64,000 nt of DNA from Macrostomum lignano (lineage: Eukaryota): assembly GCA_002269645.1 (NCBI GenBank), contig NIVC01001587.1, positions 1 to 64,000 on the forward strand, given 5' to 3'. The notes under the pieces were generated by a model. That model saw only the letters and a program-made list of their open reading frames with translations. It was not told where the DNA came from and searched no databases. Of this stretch, positions 12,001 through 33,659 are shown piece after piece. Position 1 is the stretch's first letter; the number at the start of each line of letters is the position of its first letter. Made by a program: the position numbers and the translations under genes.

Positions 12001-15000
12001 CGGCTTGGCTCTGCTCGTGCAATTAACGGCCAGCTTGAGGGCCAACCTCCAAGGCACAGTGAAGTGTATATGCCTAACGATAAATAAAGTCAGGGCCGCT
12101 GTACACTCCTGTGTGAGTGTGTGCCTGTGCGTATGACTGCGTACGTATCCTTGCGCTTGTGTGCCTGCTCAGGGGATGCTCAGTGCATACTACTAGCACA
12201 CAGCCACCCTTCCTCTGCCTCTAATACAGGGTGTACTGCACCCCTGACATTCTTATCGTCAGGAGTGTACACTTTTTGTAGCTTTTGTGGGTTGCCCTTT
12301 ATTGGCCAGAATAGTGCAGAAAACTCTGGGCCAATATTCGTGCACTAAAGCCCCAAGTTGAGTGTGGCTCACTCACGGAATTTAACCCATGGGGTCGTAT
12401 GGCGCGAGGGTCGGACGCGTTTACCGCTGAGCAGCCCCCCACCCATGTAAAGGTGGCTACCTGATTGCTAATTATCGTTACTCTGCCGGTATTTAACAGC
12501 ACCTGCCAGGACGGAGTGTTCAAGTGCAACCGGCTGTCGAGCTGCTCGGACGAGTGCCACTGGTCCAACTGGCGTCCCGAAGGCAAATGCACCGCCGGCT
12601 GCCGGCTCAAGCCGGGCCTGCAGAAGTTTGTGCGCTCGCCGAGAAACTCGGACTACCTGCCGACTAAGGCCTGCCAGGGACCGTCGGTGAAATACGAGCT
12701 GTGCAGCTCAACTCGAAGCTGCGGTAAGTGTGCAAAAAATATGAAACTTTTGCCTAAATGTCAATCTACAAATGAGTACTAAGTCTCTCTAAACTTTCCG
12801 ATCTCTAAGTTGTGTACCGCACAAAATGCAATAAGCATCAGCCCGGTAGCAGACCCTAAATTTCAGCTGCCGTCATCCAGATTCATAAGCCCTAATCTTT
12901 TCAATTCCTAACTGACAACGCCTTGAAAGCTCAATAAAACAGTTAAGGGTTCAGGGGGGTTCTAGCCTAGTGGTTAGAGCGTCGGACTCACGACTTGAAG
13001 GTCGGGGGTTCGATTCCCGATCCCACTAGGAACAATTTGTGTCCTTAAACAAGGCATTTAACTCTGAATTTCTTCAGTTCACTCAGCTGTAAAATGGTTG
13101 CCAGCATTAGCTGGGGTAATTGAGGGTGCGTGGCGACCCCCCCCCCCAGTCCTTGGACTGAACAGCCGTACGCAGCCTTCAGATGCGCCGCGCAATAGCT
13201 GCGGCTGAGCTGTGGGTTGCACATCTGCCGATTGGGGCAAATGTAATCAAATACGATTTTTTATGGTTATTATTAATTAGTTTATATAACGCTAAGGCGC
13301 TGGGAAGTGTTGCCTCACAGGCGTCGCCCTTCATCCTCACTTCCCCTTCCCGTCCATCCAGACTCGCTGTGCCCCAGCGGACAGCGCTACAACGAATTTG
13401 GCGAGTGCGATGAGCAGTGCTACTCAGCGGGCAGCCTCGGACAGCCGCAGCGTCAGCGCTGCCCAGAGCAGGCCTGCGTCTGCGCGCGCGGTCTGGTGAA
13501 ACGTGGCGACTCGTGCGTGCCCAAATCCGAGTGCTACAAGTGCTCCAGCGGCAATACTACTCTGCCGGTGAGTAGTTAAGTGGTACACGTGTAGGATTTT
13601 AATAATTTTGCTTTCGGAAGTTTGACCCGCTGCTTATATATACTACTAGGAATATCAGCATGTAGCCTATAGGCCAAGCGTCATTCAGAACAAACAATTC
13701 ATTCGCATTTTTCATTTAAACAGGACGGCGGCTACTCCGTGGACTTGGCAGCCTGCCAGATTGTCACCTGCGACAAGGGCAGAACAAGCGCTGTGCCGCT
13801 CAGCGTCGACCAGATGCCGGCCTGCAGTCTGGAGGACGAACGGATCGCCCAGTCAGCGCCAGTAAGCACCTGTTTAGCTGCTTTTCTGCTCGCGTGAATG
13901 TTGCAGTCTGGCTTAGGAGGCAAGTCTTAGTCTCACTCAGGGTGGTACAGTCTCACTCAGGGAGGCACGGTCTCACTCAGGGAGGTACAGTCTCACTCAG
14001 GGAGGTACAGTCTCACTCAGGGTGGTACAGTCTCACTCAGGGAGGTACAGTCTCACTCAGGGTGGTACAGTCTCACTCAGGGAGGCACAGTCTCACTCAG
14101 GGAGGCACAGTCTCACTCAGGGTGGTACAGTCTCACTCAGGGAGGCACAGTCTCACTCAGGGAGGCACAGTCTCACTCAGGGTGGTACAGTCTCACTCAG
14201 GGTGGTACAGTCTCACTCAGGGAGGCACGGTCTCACTCAGGGTGGTACAGTCTCACTCAGGGTGGTACAGTCTCACTCAGGGAGGTACAATCTCACTCAG
14301 AGAGGTACAATCTCACTCAGGGAGGCAGGTCTCACTCAGGGTGGTACAGTCTCACTCAGGGAGTACAATCTCATTCAGGGAGGTACAATCTCACTCAGGG
14401 AGGTACAATTTCACTCAGGGAGGTACAGTCTCACTCAGGGAGGTACAATCTCACTCAGAGAGGTACAATCTCACTCAGAGAGGTACAATCTCATTCAGGG
14501 AGGTACAATCTCACTCAGAGAGGTACAATCTCACTCAGAGAGGTACAATCTCACTCAGGGAGGTACAATCTCATTCAGGGAGGTACAATCTCACTCAGGG
14601 AGGTACAATTTCACTCAGGGAGGTACAGTCTCACTCAGGGAGGTACAATCTCACTCAGAGAGGTACAATCTCACTCAGGGAGGCACAGTCTCACTCAATG
14701 AGGCAGGGTTCCGAGATTTTGTCGATGGTCAAAACCATCCTCATATGTGACACTTTATCACAAAATGTTAGTAATGTGCACTCCATATGCCCAAACAGAA
14801 AGTAGCATAGTATGCATAGAATCTATTTAATGCAACACCACCGTTCGCACCGCCAGAAGGCGAAGGACCCCAACCGCTGCTGCTACCGGGCTTCGGCTTC
14901 CGCCTGCTCGCGCGAGGAGGTGTCAATCTCGAAGTTGGACGACTCCTGCCTGCTGACTTCGCCAATCCGGGTGCCGCACTGCCGCGGCCAGTGTCCGCAG

Positions 15001-15243
15001 GCGTCGCCGCTGATCGCGCCGCGACGTTCCGACGTTGTCGCCGCCGAGGTCGCAGCCGCCGACAGCAGCCAGGTGTACCTGTTGAAGCTGCCAGGCGCTC
15101 ACTGCACCGGCTGCCTGCCTGACAGGGTGCAGTACTCGCCCACTACGCTGACAGTGAAGTGCAATTCTGGCGAGAGTCGCCAGCTTCGGATGCCGATCGT
15201 GGGCGCGTGCCACTGCAAGCAGGTGCCGTGCCCATCCACCTGA
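1..15243 (+). CDS. Mlig-ap2: Giant secreted adhesive glycoprotein, 3' part (Macrostomum adhesion protein 2-like); 5' end lies outside the window
   Basis: Hand-spliced exons, all GT-AG and phase-consistent: <1-6199, 6279-6493, 6569-6735, 6841-9572, 9965-10261, 10630-10871, 11015-11675, 12500-12723, 13362-13567, 13724-13861, 14857-15243 (TGA). The 6841 acceptor is less certain because the stronger-looking AG at 6864-6865 is out of phase. Encodes ~9 tandem 221-aa repeats, many TSP1 motifs (WSxWSxCSxxC...RxR), TIL-like modules (CPFTC...CVPGCACKPG), vWC-like modules and a terminal cystine knot. The name rests on my recollection that Mlig-ap2 (Wunderer et al. 2019) has a 221-aa repeat and TSP1/TIL/CTCK domains; verify by alignment. 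Confidence 0.85.
9755..9848 (+). other. Intronic diverged copy of an ap2 TSP1 exon segment; candidate alternative terminal exon or pseudo-exon
   Basis: 9773-9831 copies 9258-9316. Acceptor TTTCAG ends at 9754, in phase with the donor at 9572/9573. Reads C-SKAFSNDIGVRERRRQLIGSCNEADLFDMF-stop. AATAAA at 9946-9951. Confidence 0.5.
10404..10490. repeat. Intronic minisatellite, 20-bp unit, ~4 copies
   Basis: TTTTAATGTCGGTTGGTGAC tandem copies. Confidence 0.9.
11901..12200 (+). mobile_element. tRNA-derived SINE-like element (family B)
   Basis: Starts GGGGGCGTAGCCTAGCGG (A box) and has GGCTCGATTCC (B box); GTGTGAGTGTGTG...TATGACTGCGT body resembles 59340-59380. The 3' end is uncertain. Confidence 0.55.
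12345..12440 (-). mobile_element. tRNA-derived SINE head (related to the 59229 copy)
   Basis: Reverse complement GGGGGGCTGCTCAGCGGTAAACGCGTCCGACCCTCGCGCCA...TTCCGTGAG resembles GCTCTTCGGTTCAAGCGTCTGACTCTCGTGCCA...TTCCGTGAG at ~59247-59303. Confidence 0.5.
12954..13250 (+). mobile_element. tRNA-derived SINE with MIR/CORE-like central domain (family A, copy 1)
   Basis: A box TAGCCTAGTGG, B box GGTTCGATTCC, central TGTGTCCTT...TTTAACTCTG...CTTCAGTTCACTCAGCTGTAAAATGG. Highly similar to 55211-55504 over ~300 bp. Confidence 0.85.
13921..14700. repeat. Intronic minisatellite, 20-bp unit
   Basis: GGTACAGTCTCACTCAGGGA variants filling the last ap2 intron. Confidence 0.95.
14857..15243 (+). CDS. Terminal exon of ap2 encoding a C-terminal cystine knot (CTCK)
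   Basis: CSREEV...C...CRGQC...CTGC...C...CHCKQVPC: CxGxC, CxxC and CxC spacing typical of vWF/mucin/norrin-type knots. Phase-0 acceptor at 14855-14856. Confidence 0.85.
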   Translation, partial: KAKDPNRCCYRASASACSREEVSISKLDDSCLLTSPIRVPHCRGQCPQASPLIAPRRSDVVAAEVAAADSSQVYLLKLPGAHCTGCLPDRVQYSPTTLTVKCNSGESRQLRMPIVGACHCKQVPCPST

Positions 15244-15885
15244 ACCACCCAGCTGAAACATCAGATTGAGGATACTAATCAGATTTATTAACTCTCTAGA
15301 GAACCTGAATCCGGTGGTTGGTTTGACAAAAACTTATCTTATAGATTATTAATCTAAAGCAGAGTCTCAATGCTGTTTTGTTAAAATTTTTCCCTACTAC
15401 TTCTAGTAATATTGTTTGGTATTAACTGCAATCCATCCAGCTAATGTGTAGAAAAAAGACGTTAAAATGAATTGGGAATAGCATTTGTTTAAACAAAAAG
15501 TGCTTAGCACAAGACACAGAATCACACAACATCAATAGACAAGCTGTGAAGGACTGCGTGATACCAAACTAAACTATAGCTGTGTTCCATCGAACGAAAC
15601 CTAATCTAAACTCTAAACTATTCAATACTGCGGATATTTAACATTTGACAGGCAAAATTTTGGTTGAAGAGATCCCCGAAAAAAATTCATCGATTTTTGT
15701 TGTGCTACTGTCGAAAGAAAGATTTTTATTTTGATTGGGCTGAAAAATAGTAATTAAAATTAAAGGTTATTACTCTGTCATCCACAAATATACTTTAAAA
15801 TATTTTATCAAGTGCGACGAGTAAACAACAATTAATATAATCTGTCTTTTAAAAAAAAATTTTTTCTCAAAAAACAAGGGACACT

Positions 15886-16085
15886 CACCTCACGCTTCGC
15901 CTAACTATGAACCTTATCTCCTCCTGACACCCACTTACGCTTCGCCTAACTATGAACCTTACCCCCTCCTGACACCCACCTCACGCTTCGCCTAACTATG
16001 AACCTTACCCCCTCCTGACACCCACCTCACGCTTCGCCTAGCTCAGACCCTACTCCCTCCTGACACCCACCTCACGCTTCGCCTC
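15886..16085. repeat. Minisatellite, 45-bp unit, ~4 copies
   Basis: CACGCTTCGCCTAACTATGAACCTTACCCCCTCCTGACACCCACCT-type units. Confidence 0.9.
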
Positions 16086-16699
16086 TAAGACCCTAGAGTT
16101 ATAAAACGTCGCGAAAATAAAAATTCCACTCGGGCTTAAAATCCTGTCCCTGGTAGGGACGGCAACTGTTGAGACAAGGAACACTAGAAGTTACCGTACA
16201 ACGGAAATCGCTTGCTTGTGTTGAGACTTGAGATTTAGGTGCTATCAGTAATCGGAACGAAACACGTCAGCAAGGCTATAAATACGAGGAATGGAACAAT
16301 TATTTAACCGAACTGAGAGCAGAGAATTGAATACAGTGTCTGCGCGTAATTAAAAGTGCCTGCAAAGGGCGATCGAGTGTGATTGGGAACGGAGAGCTAT
16401 TATTAGCATGCTGCAATTATGAGAAATGAAGTTGCTCTGACGAGCTGGATTCTATTTTTAACTTAACTAGCTCGTACAACTCGGTTCACTTAAACAGTAA
16501 AGTAATTAATTGCCGCGTAAATATTTGTAATACCGGTAGAAGAATAAAAATATTTTGTATTTGTCAATTACTCACACTAGACGCAAGTAGAGGGGCGCTA
16601 CACTTCTTAAATAATGTAAATAAAAATAATGTCTTTAGATGTAGTGTCTACAGATGTTACCATATCGTTCAGTCATAAACATTTTATGGTAGAACGCTA

Positions 16700-16890
16700 T
16701 CTATCGAGTGTCTATGGTACAGCTATCTATCGAGTGTCTATGGTACAGCTATCTATCGAGTGTCTATGGTACAGCTATCTATCGAGTGTCCATGGTAAAG
16801 CTATCTATGGAGTGTCTATGGTACAGCTATCTATCGAGTGTCTATGGTACAGCTATCTATCGAGTGTCCATGGTAAAGCTATCTATGGAG
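16700..16890. repeat. Minisatellite, 26-bp unit
   Basis: CTATCTATCGAGTGTCTATGGTACAG tandem copies. Confidence 0.9.
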
Positions 16891-16951
16891 TGTCATTGTT
16901 GATGGACTATCAACAGGAGTTGCATTCGCTTAATCACCGCTCAATGAAAAT

Positions 16952-17655
16952 TTATTCAGCAGAGCCGCCAGGAGCTCGTGCCTTGCTAGACTCAGCCAGG
17001 TGCTGGCCCCTGTCAATCTTGATCATCGGGCTCACGTATTCCGTCAGATCGGCAGCCACGTGAATCTCGTCGTCCTTCTTATCGGTCGAAGCGGTCGGAT
17101 TTTTTTCGATCTTTTCTGTTTTAGCTGAAGAAGATGCGGCCGCAGCAGCCGCAGCCGCTGCTGTCACATCCTCGGAGGCCGCGCCGCTGAGAGCCATGTC
17201 CAAGGGGTTCGAGTACAGAGTGACATCGGCCGCGATCATGAAGTCTGGGGAGTAGAACAGTTGCTTTTGTATTGGAGTGCTTAGAAAGGAGTGCTCAGTC
17301 TGTATGGTAAGGAGTTATGATACAAGCCATGAAATATTAGTACAACAGTTGGGATGGAATGCTCGGAATAGAGTACTTAGAGAGGAGAGTGCCCAGGAAG
17401 GATGGAATGCTCAGAATAGAGTGCTTAGAGAGGAGAGTGCTCAGGCAGGATGAGATGCTTGGAATAGAGTGCTTAGAGAGGAGAGTGCTCAGGCAGGATG
17501 AGATGCTTGGAATAGAGCTCTTAAACATCCTTTCGTGGTCAGCAATCTTAATAAGATATAAAAAATGTAGTCAACCTTGACAACAAAAAAAGAGTTTACT
17601 TAGGCAAGTCCCGCAAAGCAAACACAAAACTACAAGGAAAGCACTCACCGTCCAT
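16952..17655 (-). CDS. Small two-exon orphan protein (99 aa), function unknown
   Basis: Exon 1 17655-17649 (ATG GAC G then GTGAG), exon 2 17244-16952 (acceptor CCCCAG, phase consistent): MDDFMIAADVTLYSNPLDMALSG...VAADLTEYVSPMIK...GGSAE. GC-rich coding-like codons in an AT-rich context; AATAAA overlaps the TAA stop. Confidence 0.6.
17345..17520. repeat. Intronic minisatellite, 48-bp unit
   Basis: GGAATGCTCAGAATAGAGTGCTTAGAGAGGAGAGTGCTCAGGCAGGAT-type units, 3-4 copies. Confidence 0.85.
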
Positions 17656-18257
17656 TGCAACAGCTGCTAGCGCCTATAAAAACTACGCTGATTTTCAGGT
17701 ATACGAGCTAGACAGCGTCTCGGGTAGCAACTAAATTTTGTCTCTTTATATGCGATGGAGAGCGAGGCTGCGAAGAGACGTCAGGTAGGTGGACGGAACG
17801 CTTCTAGATTCCTCTCACCTTGCGTCCTCGTCTTCCCTAACCTCCGCCCGACCCTCCGGCCGATCATTTCTCCCCCCATCGGAGCGTGTTATTTTCGAAG
17901 CGGCCTGGGCGTTGCTAGGGGCAACGTCCCCTTGGACTCGGTACTCGAGTTCAGGCGAGGCAAGACAGGTGCAAAAGAGATGAGAAGAAGCGAGAGGCAG
18001 GCCAGGAAGACTGGAACTGTCTACCCGAATCCCATGGAATATTTGACTCACCTGTCGTGTCTTGGCTTGATTAGGCCGGCTCTACAAGGCGATTCGAGAG
18101 GAACTTCTAATTAACAAAATCCCTAGGGGCCAAAATTCGGCTGGAGCTTTCGAGTGACGAATTTCTGTTTTGGCGCCTTACCGGCCCCTAGCCGGTATAT
18201 ACTTTATACGGCCCCTAAATTTACATAATTTACAAAAATTATGTAAATTTATCTCTG

Positions 18258-18470
18258 CTCCCTTCTGGATCGCTTTTACAAGCTCGAATCAGTAGCTTCA
18301 GTTTTGCGCTAGCGGAAGTGACTAACTAGCAAGAGCTTTCGACGCTGTGAAGTTTGGAGCTTGTGAAGTTTGGAGTTTGTGGAGTTTGAAGTTTGTGGAG
18401 TTTGGAGTTTGTGGAGTTTGGAGTTTGTGGAGTCTCAATCTTGGGAAGTCTCAATCTTGTGAAACGACCG
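18258..18470. repeat. Interspersed element with internal inverted repeat and GTTTGTGGA microsatellite; related copy inverted at ~24420-24520
   Basis: ATCGCTTTTACAAGCTCGAA...GCTAGCGGAA...GAGCTTGTGAAG matches the reverse complement of 24420-24520. Confidence 0.5.
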
Positions 18471-19154
18471 TTCCTTATCTACTACACTTCATCGCCCCAT
18501 AGTCCCAACCTAAGCCTAAACTGCAGTGTACGCTCATAAATTCACTTTGCCCCTGGTCCTTTCTCTCTAACCATTTCATTCTCCATTGCAAGTATTACGA
18601 GCGTAATTGCAGATTTCGCGTCCTGACAAATAAATAAAATTTATGAAAAATCACTGCCAATCATTTTGATTGTTAAAATATGAGCGCAGTCTGCTCACTC
18701 CGATTCAGCAGAGTTTAAATTAGATCGACATGTCGAAGTGATGTAATAAGGAATCATATAATTTATTTCTGTGTTGCATCACAAGAGAGCCATTAAAAAA
18801 ATAGAAAAAGCACAATACTAACAAAGATTCGAATTGGTTTGTTCAATTAGCTGAGTAGCATCAGTAGGAATTACGTGCGTGTACGAGAATTAATAAAGAC
18901 AATAGTATAGTTACCACAATCAATGCCTGCGTTGAAAAAACTATTTTGATTGCCTAATTCTCAGGAAAGCTATCAGAATCACGTGACGCAGCCAAGATTT
19001 CAAGTCAGTTACGGCAAACAACCTAAAAACCCTGGCCAACTTTGCGCCCCTTAAGTTTTTTAACTAAATTTTATTGCCCAAATGCTGACGCACACTAGGT
19101 CTACGAAACAATAAAGTTATCTGTCACATTGATAAACTTAAGATGAGTTTGTCC

Positions 19155-19548
19155 CCGTGCCCTGCCTCTTCTCTACCCCATTTTATTGCCCTATAGTCAC
19201 ACTCCTAAGTCTAAACCGCAATGTACATTATCTGCCGTCTCCCGCCTTGATAAATGTACGCTCGTACATCAAATCAGTCCTGTCCCAGCCTCTTCTCTAT
19301 CCAATTTTATTGCCCTACAGTCACACCCCTAAGTCTAAACCGCAATGTACATTATCTGCCGTCTCCCGCCTTGATAAATGTACGCTCGTACATCAAATCA
19401 GTCCTGTCCCAGTCTCTTCTCTATCCAATTTTATTGCCCTACAGTCACACCCCTAAGTCTAAACCGCAATGTACATTATCTGCCGTCTCCCGCCTTGATA
19501 AATGTACGCTCGTACATCAAATCAGTCCTGTCCCAGTCTCTTCTCTAT
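19155..19548. repeat. Tandem repeat, 124-bp unit, ~3 copies
   Basis: Identical ORF starts at 19254 and 19378 reflect a 124-bp period. Confidence 0.92.
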
Positions 19549-20359
19549 AATTCACGACGTATTATTTACTGCTTTTGGCAGTAGCAGATCTGGGAGTGTA
19601 AAGGGGGTGTCAGCTGACCCGTTTTGAGGAGAGCAAACCTTAGCAGCCAATTTGACAGAAACTGTATACAGCAATTCAGTAACAGCTGGTTAATTGTAAG
19701 AAAAAGCATCGACTAGAATCAGGAATGAGCAGTCAACAATAGAGATTGCATGATAAAAAATAAGTGTTGAAATAAAAAACTGCAATCAAGGTCTTCGCAC
19801 ATTCGTATGGGAAATGAATCAGAGCCGGTAGACGCATGGCTTTGGTGGAATTATTCGCATTCTTGGAAATCAAAACAGTGTTAATCCGTTTTTATCAACA
19901 AGTAGACAGATGCAAGCAGCGGAAAAGAGGGATGAGAAGTGCGGAACAGCAGAAGAAAATGCGATATTAAAAAACACTAGAAGAAAAGTAAGACGTTGAT
20001 ACTAACGATTTACATAGGAGAAAAAAGCAATTAAAAAACGCGAGCTCAATACTATAAGTACTTGTAAAGCAAAACAGCAACGAAAAGCGATAAAAGGAGT
20101 GTTCGAAAAACAGATTCAATTACTCCGTCTTGAGTAACAACAACGCTCAACAGGAACAAGAGAGAGAGACAGAGAAAATATGCATCGTTTTGACTTGAAT
20201 ACTATCGTTATAGTGCAAAAGTGTGTGCGTGCCAGATTACACTACTTATAGTAGGCAAGTAGCACATTTTAGATGTTTATTAGAAGATTACGAAAATACG
20301 ACAATATGTTTGTGTGTACTTTTTTAGGCCAAAAAAGCATTTTGTTCGAAAACTTCGAA

Positions 20360-31574
<11,215 letters not shown>

Positions 31575-33659
31575 TTTTTCCATAGTCCACATGATTTTTA
31601 AGGGAGTCAAACCACTTTTAAATTTTTAAATAACATAAAAATCAAGTCTTTTTAGTATTTTGGGTGTTCTTCTAGTGATTCATTATTAGGTAATAAAAAA
31701 AAAATTTTTTTAGAAATTATCTGATACAGTCTAAAAAATTGCTCTAATAGATATTTCACTTTTGAACTAATTTGATATATTCAGTGTAAAAAATTATTGA
31801 TGCTTCAGGAAGTTTAGAACAAGAAAGTGTTTCATGGTTTTTTTATTCTAATTTCAATGTATTATAGAAGAGCTAGAATGAATTTTTATGATATTTCTAT
31901 ACTAAAGCCATAAAAATTCAAATTAATCAAAATACATCCTCCTTTTATCATGCTTAAATATCACTTAAATTTATCTTTGTTCCACTTTTACTTGCACTTA
32001 GTCTGGATAAATTCAGGCTAGATAGTGTGGACACAATTATTTTTTAAATTTAATTATAGACAAAACATATCAAAATTATATTAGCAATTGCAATGCCTTC
32101 TAGGATCTTGGGTCTAAATTTAGGATGCCAAATTGAAAACTATGATACCAGCTAGCATTTCTCAAAAATTTCAAAATTTCAAATAATATTATCTCTATCT
32201 ACTACCAGCAAAGAAACAAGCAGTTATGACATGTTTATTCTATTAACCCCTCTAAGCATGTACACAAATATGGCCTGGGTACATATGCAGGCTAACTCTA
32301 TGCCTTAAGGTTTGGTCTAGGTATTTAAGCATTCCAATCCCAGTGCCATTCTCAGAATCATAGGACATAAGTTCACTTCGAGATAATACCAAATTGAAAA
32401 CAAGGATACTAGATGGCATCAGTCAAAAAGTTGAAAATCTAATAACATATAAAAATACTAATATCTTCACTCAAACCTTTACAATGCGGAGCCTCTCTAA
32501 CTCAGAAGTCGCAGAAGTTTGCAGACTCAATTGTAAACATTAGGCCTATCCAAATAAATTCGACAGTTAATAGAAGTCTTGTCTTGACACCTCAATTAGG
32601 CCTAATAAAATTTATACTTAAAATGAAACATGAATTGCAGAAAATATGAAACTGAAAATTGGAAAAAAACAAGGTGCCAGTTTAGCATCCGTAGTCAACA
32701 TTCAAAGATGTGAGAATTAAAAAATTAATGCGCTTTTATGACGTATGAGTGGTATGACACATGCTGGCAGAAACCTCAGACTAGATTTCAATGCTAAAAT
32801 AGCATCATGACTAAGCGTAGCTTGTCAAAAATACGCTTTATTTTTGTATTATAGTCAAAATTAATTGATTCAATTAATTAAATAAAAATTTCTGCAGTCT
32901 AAAATAGAACAAAAAGGGAAAAACAGCTATCGTTTGGTTTGGTTTCTTGTTGTTTTCCAGTAATCTAGTGATTTTAAACTCGGTGTAAAAATACAAGAAC
33001 GTGCATTAGTTAAACAAAGCAGGCCCTACCTCGAACGCAATTAAAAATAGATTTTAAGAAAAAAATTCTACTCTATTAAATTTTATTAGAAGAAGAGAGA
33101 GAGAAATTTTAAATAGAAGAGAGAGGAGAGGAGAAGATCGAGAGAGGAGGGAAAGGAGAAGAGAATGGAGAAGAAAAGTAAGAGGAGAGGAAAGAGGTAA
33201 AAGCTAAAAGAATAGAGCTGACAGCGCCAAGAGATCCAGAAAATTACTAGTCTTGCCCTTGCAATTTCATTCTTGCAATTTTCATTCATTTGAGATATAG
33301 CTATGACTATATACTAAATAAGTTAGTCAAGGACCACTGAAGTCACTTAAGTGCAGTCCTTGAAATGAGTGCAATACAGTTGCGCAATGTTTGAATTAGT
33401 TGAAAATTTGAGCATTTTCAGACTTTTGGCTAGGCCTACTCCAACACAGAATTGAATATTCTGGCCTTGTTATGTCATATTGCAACAAACTCATATAACA
33501 GCAGGAGTTTGGTTGCCCTTAGATTAGAAGAAATTATGTGCAATGTGCCCTCCAATCAATAGCCCCCCCACTCTGAAATATGTTCCGACACTACTACTGG
33601 CTTGAGCTACAGTACATTTACATGTAGTCTAAGGAGTCTTGCAGTCCGAGGCTAGCTTA

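Noticed and set aside
12954-13030. Possible tRNA gene (also 55211, 11901, 59229)
   Set aside because: Acceptor and anticodon stems pair poorly, and the heads continue into shared SINE bodies, with a TSD and A-tail in one copy.
17755-18114. 119-aa plus-strand ORF
   Set aside because: No recognisable motif or splice structure; it lies in the likely promoter region of the small minus-strand gene.
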